This document shows, in pieces, positions 26,663 to 35,403 of a stretch of DNA of 64,000 nt (positions are counted from its first letter, which is position 1; each line of letters begins with the position of its first letter). Both the position numbers and the translations under genes were made by a program. The notes under the pieces were generated by a model. The model did not search any database, was not told the DNA's origin, and saw nothing but the letters and a program-made list of their open reading frames with translations. Location of the stretch: NCBI GenBank assembly GCA_965204375.1, contig OZ241986.1, forward strand, positions 224,001-288,000, given 5' to 3'. Source of the stretch: Candidatus Latescibacterota bacterium. GTDB lineage: Bacteria > Latescibacterota > UBA2968.

Positions 26663-29600
26663 ATGAATCTTTCGCACTTTTTCACCAAAAACTCGGTGCG
26701 TTCACAATCTGTTCACTTTCCCTTTGGAGGTGTTGTTTTTCAACAGGGTCAGGCGGGTGAGGCGTTTTACATTGTGCAGTCTGGACGGTTGCGGGTGATT
26801 AAGGAGGATGCGAATGGCAATTCGACAACTGTGGGCTATTTGTATGCGGGCGATCATTTTGGCGAAGGGGCATTGTTGAGTGGGCAAGGGCATCGGGCAT
26901 CGGTGCGTGTGGTTGAGGATGCGGATGTGTTGCAGGTGCCGAAGGATGAGTTTTTTAAGACTGTGAGAAAAAATTCTGACGTACGAGGTTATCTCGAAGA
27001 ACAGGTCGCCTGTATTGCGTATCGGGATTTTACGCGTTTTTTGAAAGGGGATGTTCCAGGCGAGGTGATGCGGGTGTTGTTCGCGCGGTTGAAGCGCGAG
27101 GTGGTTGAGCAGGGAATGACGGTTGTTGACCGAGGTCAGTTGGGTCATCGGTTTTATTTGATTGGCAGCGGTCAGTTGGAGGCTGTGTCAGAAAATGGGG
27201 ATACGGTGGTTTTAAACGCGGGTGATTATTTTGGTAATGAGAATTTGTCAGGTGATAAAAGAGTGATTCGCAGTCGGCGTGATAGTGTGCTTTTTTATAT
27301 AGATAAAAGCAATTTTAATAAGTTAAAAGCTATGATGCCGGGGTTTGAAGAAAGACTGGAGAGAGGACGTATATCGCGTGGAGAACAGCGATCGAATGAG
27401 TCATTGTTTCGACACGAACGACAAGTGCCCGAACCACCCGTTGACCGGTCTGATGAAAAACTGGCATCCAATATAGCATCCAATGTGGTTAATATCAGAA
27501 TAGACGGTGCAAAACCACAGGTGCCTACATTATTTCGCTTTCCATTTTTGAAGCAACACGATCAATCGGATTGTGGTGCGGCGTGTTTGGGCATGATTTG
27601 TAAGTATTACAATATGCCTATTGGGTTGAACAGGCTGCGCGATATGTCCAATGTGTCGCGGTATGGCACGTCGATGGCGGCATTGGCTGAGGCTGCGGAA
27701 ACCCTGGGTTTTATCACGCGCGGCGTGCGCACGGGATATGAGGCTCTGATAAAAACAGAATTGCCAGCCATTCTCCACTGGGAGGGCAATCATTTTGTGG
27801 TCTTGTATCAGATCAATAAAAAGGAGGTGAAGATAGCAGACCCCGGCGTGGGTATTCGCAAGCTGTCGCGGGCAGAGTTTGAGAAGGGGTGGACAAACAG
27901 GGCACTGTTGTTGGAATACACGGATCAGGTGGCGGAGAATGAACCGTCTCAGTCTTCTTTTAAGCGATTTTTTCCGTTAATCAGGCCCTATACAGGCATT
28001 TTGATTGAGGTATTGCTGGCGTCTCTGGTGCTCAGTTTGTTTGGTCTGGCATCGCCCATTTTTATGCAGACGATTGTCGATCAGGTCTTAGTGCATCACG
28101 ATAAGGATTTGTTGAACTTGATGCTGGTGGGTATGGTCGTGGTTGCGTTGTTCCAGATGGGCACATCAACGTTGCGCGTCTATTTAATCGGGTATATGAG
28201 TGCGCGGTTGAGCATTGCGATGTTGTCGCGTTTTTATCGGCATTTGCTGGCGCTGTCCATGCAGTTTTTTGCTCTCAGGCGCACGGGCGATTTGACCACG
28301 CGATTTAAAGAGAATGCAACGATTCGGCGATTGTTGACAGGTACGACGGTTTCTGCAGTTCTGGATTTTATCATGCTTTTTGTCTATCTGGGCTTGATGT
28401 TTTATTACAACACTGAACTGACGCTGGTCATGCTGATTTTTGTGCCGCTCCCTGTAGGGCTTACGCTGATTTACACGCCCATTTTGAAGGCTTTCAGCCA
28501 GCGCGCTTTTTTGGCGCGTGCCGAACAATCATCGGTTTTAATCGATTCGCTTCATGGCATTGATGTGGTCAAAGCCTCGGCGGTTGAGCGCGCGACGCGG
28601 TGGCATTGGGAAGGTAAGTTTACAAAGGAAATTCAGATTGGCTTTCAACGGTTAAAAATGCAGATGTTGTTTGGAGGGATAGGAAGTGTGATCAATTTGT
28701 TGAGCAGTACGGTGATTTTGTGGTATGGCGCCTCATTGGTGATTGAAGGGAACCTGTCGGTTGGACAGTTGATGGCGTTTAATGCGCTGATTGGCAATGT
28801 GATGGGCCCCATTATGGGCTTGATTGGGATATGGCCGCAGGTGCAAGAAGCGCGTATTGCTCTGGATCGGTTAAATGATGTGTATGATACGCAGATGGAG
28901 GATGCGCGACAACAGGGTCAGGGTTTGGTCTTAAAGCCTTTGGAAGGGCGTGTGGTTTTTGAGCGGGTGTTTTTCAGATACGGTATCGGTTCTGATGAAC
29001 CTTATGTGTTGAATAATATAGACTTGACACTTGAACCGGGTCAAAAAGTTGCAATTGTGGGACGCAGCGGCGCGGGTAAGACGACGTTGGTGAAACTGGT
29101 GCCTCGTTTATTTGATCCGTCAGAAGGTCGCGTGACGCTCGATGGGATGGATGTGCAGGATCTGGACCCTCATTGGTTGCGGCGACAGGTGGGTATGGTG
29201 ATGCAGGAACCGTTTTTGTTTTCTGGCACGATTGCAGAAAATATCGCCATTGGTCAGACAGACGCGGACATGGACCGCATTTTGGAAGTGGCAAAGCTAT
29301 CGTGTGTACACGATTTCGTAAGCGATATGCCTTTGGGGTATGAGACAAAGGTGGGCGAGCGGGGTGTGGGATTATCGGGTGGACAACGACAGCGGATCGC
29401 GATTGCACGGGCGCTGTATTGCGATCCCAAGATTTTGATTTTTGATGAGGCGACCAATGCCTTAGATACGGATTCAGAACAGGCGATTCAGGCGAATTTA
29501 GATCTGTTTTTGGATGATCGCACGGCGTTGATTATTGCGCATCGGTTGAGTACTGTGCGCGATGCGGATGCAATTGTGGTCCTGGACAAGGGGCACATTG

Positions 29601-29683
29601 TGGAGATGGGCACACACGATGAGTTGATGGTGCAACAAGGTTTGTACTATCACATGTGTAGTCAACAGTTGCAAGTAGTATGA
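26663..29683 (+). CDS. Peptidase-containing ABC transporter (PCAT/HlyB type): 2x cNMP-binding domains + C39 peptidase + TMD + NBD
   Basis: cNMP 'GEAFYIVQSG', 'GDHFGEGALL'; C39 'QHDQSDCGAACL', 'HWEGNHFVV', 'IADP'; Walker A GRSGAGKT, LSGGQ, DEAT, IAHRL; start uncertain (26627 TTG or 26663 ATG). Confidence 0.92.
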   Translation: MNLSHFFTKNSVRSQSVHFPFGGVVFQQGQAGEAFYIVQSGRLRVIKEDANGNSTTVGYLYAGDHFGEGALLSGQGHRASVRVVEDADVLQVPKDEFFKTVRKNSDVRGYLEEQVACIAYRDFTRFLKGDVPGEVMRVLFARLKREVVEQGMTVVDRGQLGHRFYLIGSGQLEAVSENGDTVVLNAGDYFGNENLSGDKRVIRSRRDSVLFYIDKSNFNKLKAMMPGFEERLERGRISRGEQRSNESLFRHERQVPEPPVDRSDEKLASNIASNVVNIRIDGAKPQVPTLFRFPFLKQHDQSDCGAACLGMICKYYNMPIGLNRLRDMSNVSRYGTSMAALAEAAETLGFITRGVRTGYEALIKTELPAILHWEGNHFVVLYQINKKEVKIADPGVGIRKLSRAEFEKGWTNRALLLEYTDQVAENEPSQSSFKRFFPLIRPYTGILIEVLLASLVLSLFGLASPIFMQTIVDQVLVHHDKDLLNLMLVGMVVVALFQMGTSTLRVYLIGYMSARLSIAMLSRFYRHLLALSMQFFALRRTGDLTTRFKENATIRRLLTGTTVSAVLDFIMLFVYLGLMFYYNTELTLVMLIFVPLPVGLTLIYTPILKAFSQRAFLARAEQSSVLIDSLHGIDVVKASAVERATRWHWEGKFTKEIQIGFQRLKMQMLFGGIGSVINLLSSTVILWYGASLVIEGNLSVGQLMAFNALIGNVMGPIMGLIGIWPQVQEARIALDRLNDVYDTQMEDARQQGQGLVLKPLEGRVVFERVFFRYGIGSDEPYVLNNIDLTLEPGQKVAIVGRSGAGKTTLVKLVPRLFDPSEGRVTLDGMDVQDLDPHWLRRQVGMVMQEPFLFSGTIAENIAIGQTDADMDRILEVAKLSCVHDFVSDMPLGYETKVGERGVGLSGGQRQRIAIARALYCDPKILIFDEATNALDTDSEQAIQANLDLFLDDRTALIIAHRLSTVRDADAIVVLDKGHIVEMGTHDELMVQQGLYYHMCSQQLQVV

Positions 29684-29771
29684 GGGGCTGGAGACTGAGG
29701 GCTGGGGACTGGTGAGCAGGTGGTCGTCTCACGTTTTACTTCTTACGTCTTACCGCTTTTAAGGAGCCTAA

Positions 29772-31154
29772 ATGGCAGAACGGCTTTTGGAGACATCGCC
29801 CGAGACAATGTCTCCCGGTATAATCCAGGGACAAGATGACGCGGCAGAAGAGGTGCATGCGTTTATGGGGTCTTTGCGGCCCTTTTGGGGGCGTGCATTG
29901 CTCTATATTGTCCTGCTGTTTGTGATTGTTGCCATTATCTGGGCGTGGTGGAGTAAGGTAGATGTGGTGGCATCAGCACCTTTTCGATTGGTGCCTTTGG
30001 GACAGGTGAAGACGATGCAGGCGCAGCGAGGTGGTGAAATTGAGTTGATTGGTGTTAAAGAAGGGGATCATGTCGAGAAAGGTGAGGTGTTGTTTAAGCT
30101 GAAATCGTGGGAGACGTGGGGAGAGTTGCGGGAATGGGAACAGGCAAAGATGGCTTTTCAAAAGGCGCAGTACGATCTCAAGGCGGTGTTGCCACAAAGA
30201 ACGAGATTAAATCGAGAGACGATAGGATCATTGGAACAACGTCTTTCTGTTTTGCAGCGGTTTATGGAGGCACATCAGAATGCGCTGGAAGATTATCAAA
30301 GCGATGTGGGCGGTGTTGAGGGATCGAAAACCAAAATATCTGACGCGGGGTTGCAAGCGCAGATCGGTTTTCGACAGGCTGAGATTGATCTTATGAAACA
30401 GGAATTTTTGCAGCAAAAAACGCTGTTTGAGCGCGCATTGATCAGCCGGGCGGATATGAATCGCGCGCGTGTGCAGTATTTGAGTGCATTGTCCGCGCTT
30501 CCGGGACGCATGTCGGAGATATACAAGAATGAAATGGCTGTGCAGGATCTCAAGCGTCAAATCACAGAAGCGCGGATTGCACACGAGCGCGAGGCTTCGC
30601 AGATGCGATACGCTTATGAAATCGCACAATTGCGATTGGAGCAGGCGCGCAAACGCATTGATCGCACCCTCGAAGCCGAGTCGGATTTGATTCTGGCGCC
30701 TGAATCAGGGATTGTCACACAGGTGATGGTGAATGCAGTTGGACAGGTGATCAGTAAGGGGCAACCTTTGGTTGCACTGGCACCGGCCTCAGCGCCGGTG
30801 GTTGCAGAAGTGATGGTGTTGAATAAAGATGTGGGCTTGCTCAAACCCGGGCAGTTGGTTAAGCTGAAATACGATGCGTATGCCTTTCAGGATTTTGGTA
30901 TCAAACGCGGATGGCTTACATCCATCTCGCCCGATGCGGTGATCAATGAAAGTATTGGACCGATATTTAAGTGCGTTGTCGAATTAGAAGAAAATACGAT
31001 GCGCGTGAAAGGATATGACAAGCCTCTGATGTTTGGTATGAAGGGCACGGCTGAGATGATGACAGATCGCCAATCGGTCTTGCTGATGTTGCTGAGTCCT
31101 TTGCGACAGCTTTACGAGTCGGCAAGGTACGATGTTCAGGAGGGCGCATTGTGA
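29772..31154 (+). CDS. HlyD family membrane fusion (periplasmic adaptor) protein
   Basis: One N-terminal TM helix; 'VKEGDHVEKGEVL' lipoyl half; long coiled coil; 'APESGIV'; 'NKDVG....GQ.VKLK.DAY.FQ.FG', 'ISPDA'. Confidence 0.92.
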   Translation: MAERLLETSPETMSPGIIQGQDDAAEEVHAFMGSLRPFWGRALLYIVLLFVIVAIIWAWWSKVDVVASAPFRLVPLGQVKTMQAQRGGEIELIGVKEGDHVEKGEVLFKLKSWETWGELREWEQAKMAFQKAQYDLKAVLPQRTRLNRETIGSLEQRLSVLQRFMEAHQNALEDYQSDVGGVEGSKTKISDAGLQAQIGFRQAEIDLMKQEFLQQKTLFERALISRADMNRARVQYLSALSALPGRMSEIYKNEMAVQDLKRQITEARIAHEREASQMRYAYEIAQLRLEQARKRIDRTLEAESDLILAPESGIVTQVMVNAVGQVISKGQPLVALAPASAPVVAEVMVLNKDVGLLKPGQLVKLKYDAYAFQDFGIKRGWLTSISPDAVINESIGPIFKCVVELEENTMRVKGYDKPLMFGMKGTAEMMTDRQSVLLMLLSPLRQLYESARYDVQEGAL

Positions 31155-31924
31155 TGTCAGAGGATGCTATACTGGTTCAGGTCAATGATGTCGAGGTGTC
31201 GTTGCGCCAGGTCGTGCGACAATTGGGTGTTGCTGATAATCTGCATTTTTTTAATGGGTTTGCGTGCGGGGAATTGATACGGCAACTCGCCCGGCGCGAG
31301 GGTGTTTGTGCAGCGCGTGAAGATATTCAGCGGAAGGTAGATGAATGGCGGTATCAACATCGCCTGGAGCGGGTGGAAGATACAGAGGCCTATCTCGCAA
31401 AGCGAGGTATTACGCTTCAGGATGTGACAGAAGATGCCGAGGTGAGACAACTGGAGTATTTGCTGTCTGAGAAGATTGCCAAAGGACAGGTCGAATCCTA
31501 TTTCGCTCAACACACACTGGCGTTTGATGAGGCGGAGATTTGCTGGATTTTTCACACGGATAAGGGTGTGATTGACGAGATTGATTTGCAGATTCGAGAC
31601 GATGGTGCAGACTTTTACGCGATGGCGCGTCGATTTTCTCAAGATGCACGCACGCGATCAGGGAGTGGCTTTTTGGGCCGCGTGCGGCGCAAGCAGTTGC
31701 CAAAGGGGATTGCTGCGCGCGTTTTTGCCGTGTCACCAGGTGAAATTTTGGGTCCGGAAAAAGTATCGAAAGGCTTTGCGCTGTACCTGGTGCAAGAACG
31801 CTACCCGGCAACACTAAATGAACGAACAAAAAAGGAGATCCGCAAGCACCTGTTTAATCAGTGGTTGCAACGCGAAGTACAGAAGGCAGATATACGGTAT
31901 CCGATTTGGCAGGCGGAAAGTTAA
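31151..31924 (+). CDS. Parvulin/PpiC-type peptidyl-prolyl isomerase-like protein
   Basis: 'DFYAMARRFSQD......GFLG...R..L......VF....GEI.GP' rotamase pattern; helical N-terminus; overlaps the hlyD stop (GTGA). Confidence 0.8.
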   Translation: MMSEDAILVQVNDVEVSLRQVVRQLGVADNLHFFNGFACGELIRQLARREGVCAAREDIQRKVDEWRYQHRLERVEDTEAYLAKRGITLQDVTEDAEVRQLEYLLSEKIAKGQVESYFAQHTLAFDEAEICWIFHTDKGVIDEIDLQIRDDGADFYAMARRFSQDARTRSGSGFLGRVRRKQLPKGIAARVFAVSPGEILGPEKVSKGFALYLVQERYPATLNERTKKEIRKHLFNQWLQREVQKADIRYPIWQAES

Positions 31925-31947
31925 AAAATCAAAAGGACAGGTCCGCA

Positions 31948-32799
31948 CTAAGGCATCACAGCTTCTTTGCCCTGATATTCTCGGATCCAGCCTTTTAATG
32001 GCACATCTTCTTCTGTTGGGGATGTGTAGCCGTGAATGCCCGAGGGAGAATACCGACACATCTGCTTTCGGATTGGACTTAGTTCATCCCAGAAATTTTC
32101 CACATTGCATTCACCGCGGGCTTGAAGCCAGCGATAAGCGTAGCCGTAGAAGAGCACCTTGCGGGGTTGCGTCCAGTAATTTGCACTCGCCGAATGCCAC
32201 AATCGGCGGTCAAAGATAACGGCTGCCCCTCGGGGTGCAAGGATGGGTACGGCGCCTTTTACCATCTGATTGCGATTTCCGTTCGGCCAATTCATCTTAT
32301 TTTTTAACTGGCTTCCCGGTATGACGTGAAAGTTGCCGCGCCCCGGTTCGCTTGTATCCGATAGAAAGTAGGCCACTTTGACCGATAAGCGCGGCCTTGG
32401 ACTTGTCTCCATCTCTTGATTCACGCGCCCGGTATCCTGATGCCAGCCGATTCCCAAACCGCGTTTGCTATCTGGTGGTTCGGGAGGCGTCACGTTCAGG
32501 TGGGCCAGATAGATTTGAATATTCCATCCCAAAATCCCCCAAACTTTTGGAAATGTCGTGTAGTGATCGATCAGGTCAATAAATGCACGATCCCGCCCCA
32601 GAAAGTCGCGTTCGTGAACCCGCTTATGTGGTTCGATTTTTTGCTTTTCGCGTTCTTCGGCATTGATGCGGTCAACTGCTTTGGTCAGTTGTCTTCTTTT
32701 GGCATCGCTCAGTGCGTTTTCGATGATCAGATAACCCCGATCTTCAAATTCGAGCCGTTCGTCTTCGGTCAGGCAATGGTTTAGCCAGCGTCTGTTCAT
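31948..32799 (-). CDS. Phytanoyl-CoA dioxygenase (PhyH) family Fe(II)/2OG enzyme
   Basis: 'FEDRGYLIIENAL', 'WHQD', 'VIPGS', 'FDRRLWH'. Confidence 0.88.
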   Translation of the reverse strand: MNRRWLNHCLTEDERLEFEDRGYLIIENALSDAKRRQLTKAVDRINAEEREKQKIEPHKRVHERDFLGRDRAFIDLIDHYTTFPKVWGILGWNIQIYLAHLNVTPPEPPDSKRGLGIGWHQDTGRVNQEMETSPRPRLSVKVAYFLSDTSEPGRGNFHVIPGSQLKNKMNWPNGNRNQMVKGAVPILAPRGAAVIFDRRLWHSASANYWTQPRKVLFYGYAYRWLQARGECNVENFWDELSPIRKQMCRYSPSGIHGYTSPTEEDVPLKGWIREYQGKEAVMP

Positions 32800-32813
32800 G
32801 GCGTATCTCCTGT

Positions 32814-33281
32814 TTAAGAAAAGAGGTTGGCCTTCCTTTTTTTTCGATCCAGAATATAGAATTTGATAAGCCCTATCCCGCCGATCAGACCACAGGGGAT
32901 TACAATGAAGCGGTACATTGATACTTCGTCATATCGCAGCGATGCACCGGTCGCGCCCATTGTCGCAACGACAAATGACAGGTGAATGAGTTTTTGAGAT
33001 AGGTTTTTATTCGTAAAGGTAGAGAGCAAAATCAATATAAGTGCGGTGTGGAAAATGACAAATCCCGCATAACCATTTCGCACGGCGAGATCGAGTTGCC
33101 AATCGTAGCGATAAATCCACACCATGAGCACATGTGCCAGAATGACCAGCGCGACAACGCGCCACAGCGCGATCGGATGTTGTTCTCGCAGGGTGAGCAC
33201 AACTACAGTGGTTAAGCCCACATATCCCGTGATAGCCAATAAAAAAGTGATGAATATTTCCGTTGTTCCCGTTTCTACCAT
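32814..33281 (-). CDS. Hypothetical membrane protein (about 5 TM)
   Basis: RBS AAGGAG; several hydrophobic helices, three containing His. Confidence 0.7.
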   Translation of the reverse strand: MVETGTTEIFITFLLAITGYVGLTTVVVLTLREQHPIALWRVVALVILAHVLMVWIYRYDWQLDLAVRNGYAGFVIFHTALILILLSTFTNKNLSQKLIHLSFVVATMGATGASLRYDEVSMYRFIVIPCGLIGGIGLIKFYILDRKKRKANLFS

Positions 33282-33373
33282 TGAAACGATTCTCCTTCTT
33301 TATGCTATGCAATATATGGCATGATATTCTGAGAACAAGAGCGTTTCACCGGGGCAGGGATTCTGTATCATGC

Positions 33374-33410
33374 AAAACGGGTTACGACGTATTGTCATAA
33401 CCCGTTGTTT
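33374..33410 (-). terminator. Intrinsic terminator downstream of tRNA-Thr
   Basis: aacgggtta...taacccgtt stem flanked by A and T tracts. Confidence 0.7.
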
Positions 33411-33414
33411 TTTG

Positions 33415-33490
33415 TGGAGCCGCCCAGCGGACTCGAACCGCTGACCGCCTGATTACAAATCAGGTGCTCTACCAGCTGAGCTAGGGCGGC
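33415..33490 (-). tRNA. tRNA-Thr (anticodon UGU)
   Basis: Reverse complement GCCGCCCTAGCTCAGCTGGTAGAGCACCTGATTTGTAATCAGGCGGTCAGCGGTTCGAGTCCGCTGGGCGGCTCCA: 76 nt cloverleaf, TTCGA T-loop, encoded CCA. Confidence 0.97.
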
Positions 33491-33570
33491 GTGTCGGTCA
33501 AAGATATAAAAGCGGACTATTTTTGGCAACCTCAAACCTGCTGAGAGAGTGGATAGCTAACTGCTGATAG

Positions 33571-34653
33571 CTAAAAAAACGATGTTTTGTGTTTTTGCTC
33601 GCGTTCGTAGCGTTCAATGCCCAGTTGAATGAGGCGATCAATTAATTCAGTATAAGAAATGCCACTGGCTTCCCATAGCTTGGGATACATGCTGATCCGC
33701 GTAAAGCCGGGAATGGTATTGATTTCATTTACAACAAAGGTGCCGTCATTTTTTAAAAAGAAATCCGCGCGTGCCATGCCCTCACAGCACAGGACTTGAA
33801 ATGTGCGAATGGCAAGGGCCTGTACCCGTTTTACAGCTTCTTCGGATAAATTAGCGGGGATGTGCAAGATCGCGCCTTTTTCATCCAGGTATTTTGCTTC
33901 GTAGGAATAAAACTCGTGCTGGGGTAAGATTTCGCCAGGAATTGAGACAATGGGTGTTTCATTGCCCAATACCGAACATTCGATTTCTCGACCTTCGACA
34001 AAAGCCTCGATCAGGACCTTTTTGTCGTAGCGGAATGCCTCTTTCAACGCGGGGATTAGTGCGCTTTTGTCGTGTACTTTACTCACGCCAACCGATGAAC
34101 CCAAATTTGCTGGCTTTACAAATAGAGGCAATCCCAGTTCTGAAATCACATCATTCACGTCCAGATTGTCCAATTGGAACTGAAGGACTGTTCGCCACGC
34201 GGCAACGGGAATACTGGCATCGCGCAGCAGGCGTTTCATCACGTCTTTGTCCATTCCCACAGCAGAGCCGAGTACATCGGCACCTACATAGGGGACATCG
34301 GCCAATCTCAAAAATCCCTGTACTGTGCCGTCTTCTCCCAGTGGCCCGTGCAAGACGGGAAAAACCACATCGACCGAGTCGGATGCAGACTGCCCTACGA
34401 GTTCACCGCGCCCTTCTGGCATCAACGTAATCAGCGCATTTTGATCTGCGTCAGAAAGCCCTTCTGTATTCGCTTCGGGCAATAGTTGTTCGGCTTCGTT
34501 TAAGAACCATTGACCCGATTTGTCGATTCCTATTGGCACGATTTCGTATTTGGTCTTGTCAATCGCGTCAATGATGTTGCGCGCAGATTGAAGTGACACT
34601 TCGTGCTCTGCCGATTTTCCACCAAATAATATCCCTACGCGGATCTTTTTCAT
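33571..34653 (-). CDS. ddl: D-alanine--D-alanine ligase
   Basis: 'FGGKSAEHEVSLQSA', 'HGPLGEDG', 'KPANLGSSVG', 'FYSYEAKY', 'NEINTIPGFT'. Confidence 0.95.
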   Translation of the reverse strand: MKKIRVGILFGGKSAEHEVSLQSARNIIDAIDKTKYEIVPIGIDKSGQWFLNEAEQLLPEANTEGLSDADQNALITLMPEGRGELVGQSASDSVDVVFPVLHGPLGEDGTVQGFLRLADVPYVGADVLGSAVGMDKDVMKRLLRDASIPVAAWRTVLQFQLDNLDVNDVISELGLPLFVKPANLGSSVGVSKVHDKSALIPALKEAFRYDKKVLIEAFVEGREIECSVLGNETPIVSIPGEILPQHEFYSYEAKYLDEKGAILHIPANLSEEAVKRVQALAIRTFQVLCCEGMARADFFLKNDGTFVVNEINTIPGFTRISMYPKLWEASGISYTELIDRLIQLGIERYEREQKHKTSFF

Positions 34654-35342
34654 TTTTTTCTCTGCTTTTTTTTTCGTCGCCACCACCAGAATCCAAGTAT
34701 CCCCACAACCATTAAAATTATCAGTATGCGATTATAAGTTTTCAGTACAGCGACTACAATTTGCCAGTTTTCGCCGACCGTAAAGCCAAAGTAGATCAGC
34801 AGACTATTCCACAATAATGTGCCAAATAATACGTAAAGCGTCATGCGTAGCGGATGCATCTGGCTGATGCCGGCCGCAATGCCGACAAATATCCGCACGG
34901 CGGGCAAAAAGCGGTTGAAAATGACGATTTTGTCGCCATAGCGATTGAACCATGTTTCGGTGCGGTGCAGATTTTCTTCATTCAAGAACTTTATATTCAA
35001 CCGCAAGAAGAACGATCGCCCCTTTACAAAAGCGATGGCATAAAGGAGCAAACAACCCACTGCGCTGCCTATCCACATTGCAAAATACGCAGGCCAGACG
35101 GCGATTATCCCAATGCCAGCCAAATACGCGCCGAATACAATCAGGGTATCACCTGGAATGACAGGTACCACGTTCTCTAAAAAAGCACCCAAAAATAAAA
35201 AGAAGTAAATCCACCCTGGCGGTTGGTCTCTCAAATAGGTGAGAAAAGAGTCCCAGAGTTCAGTAAAGTAGGCGAGGAAAGAGTCCCAGAGTTCAGTAAA
35301 GTAGGCGAGGAAAGAATCCAGGAATTCAGTAAAGTACTCCAA
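34650..35342 (-). CDS. DedA family membrane protein with N-terminal 11-aa repeats
   Basis: 'FLENVVPVIPGD', 'WFNRYG', 'RFLPAVR', 'AGISQM'. Confidence 0.88.
   Translation of the reverse strand: MEYFTEFLDSFLAYFTELWDSFLAYFTELWDSFLTYLRDQPPGWIYFFLFLGAFLENVVPVIPGDTLIVFGAYLAGIGIIAVWPAYFAMWIGSAVGCLLLYAIAFVKGRSFFLRLNIKFLNEENLHRTETWFNRYGDKIVIFNRFLPAVRIFVGIAAGISQMHPLRMTLYVLFGTLLWNSLLIYFGFTVGENWQIVVAVLKTYNRILIILMVVGILGFWWWRRKKKQRKK
35245..35336 (-). repeat. 33-bp in-frame tandem repeat (2 perfect copies + 1 degenerate)
   Basis: aaagagtcccagagttcagtaaagtaggcgagg at 35245-35277 and 35278-35310; variant at 35311-35336. Confidence 0.9.
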
Positions 35343-35403
35343 TTTGTATCCTTTGGATGTGATACCCGAGGCGGTTACATTTTTGAATAAACTGCGTAAT
35401 AAG

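Noticed and set aside
31948-32799. PhyH dioxygenase as a tailoring enzyme (e.g. Asp or Pro hydroxylase) of the peptide cluster
   Set aside because: It is on the opposite strand, convergent, and a second PhyH occurs at 38855-39634, so the family looks generally abundant here. Only conserved synteny would rescue the idea.
22620-33490. Peptide cluster as an integrative island bounded by the guaA 3' end and tRNA-Thr, both classic integration sites
   Set aside because: There is no integrase in the interval, and I found no duplicated guaA or tRNA 3' end. The short GGAATGGGAA match near 30131 lies inside hlyD coding sequence and is probably chance.
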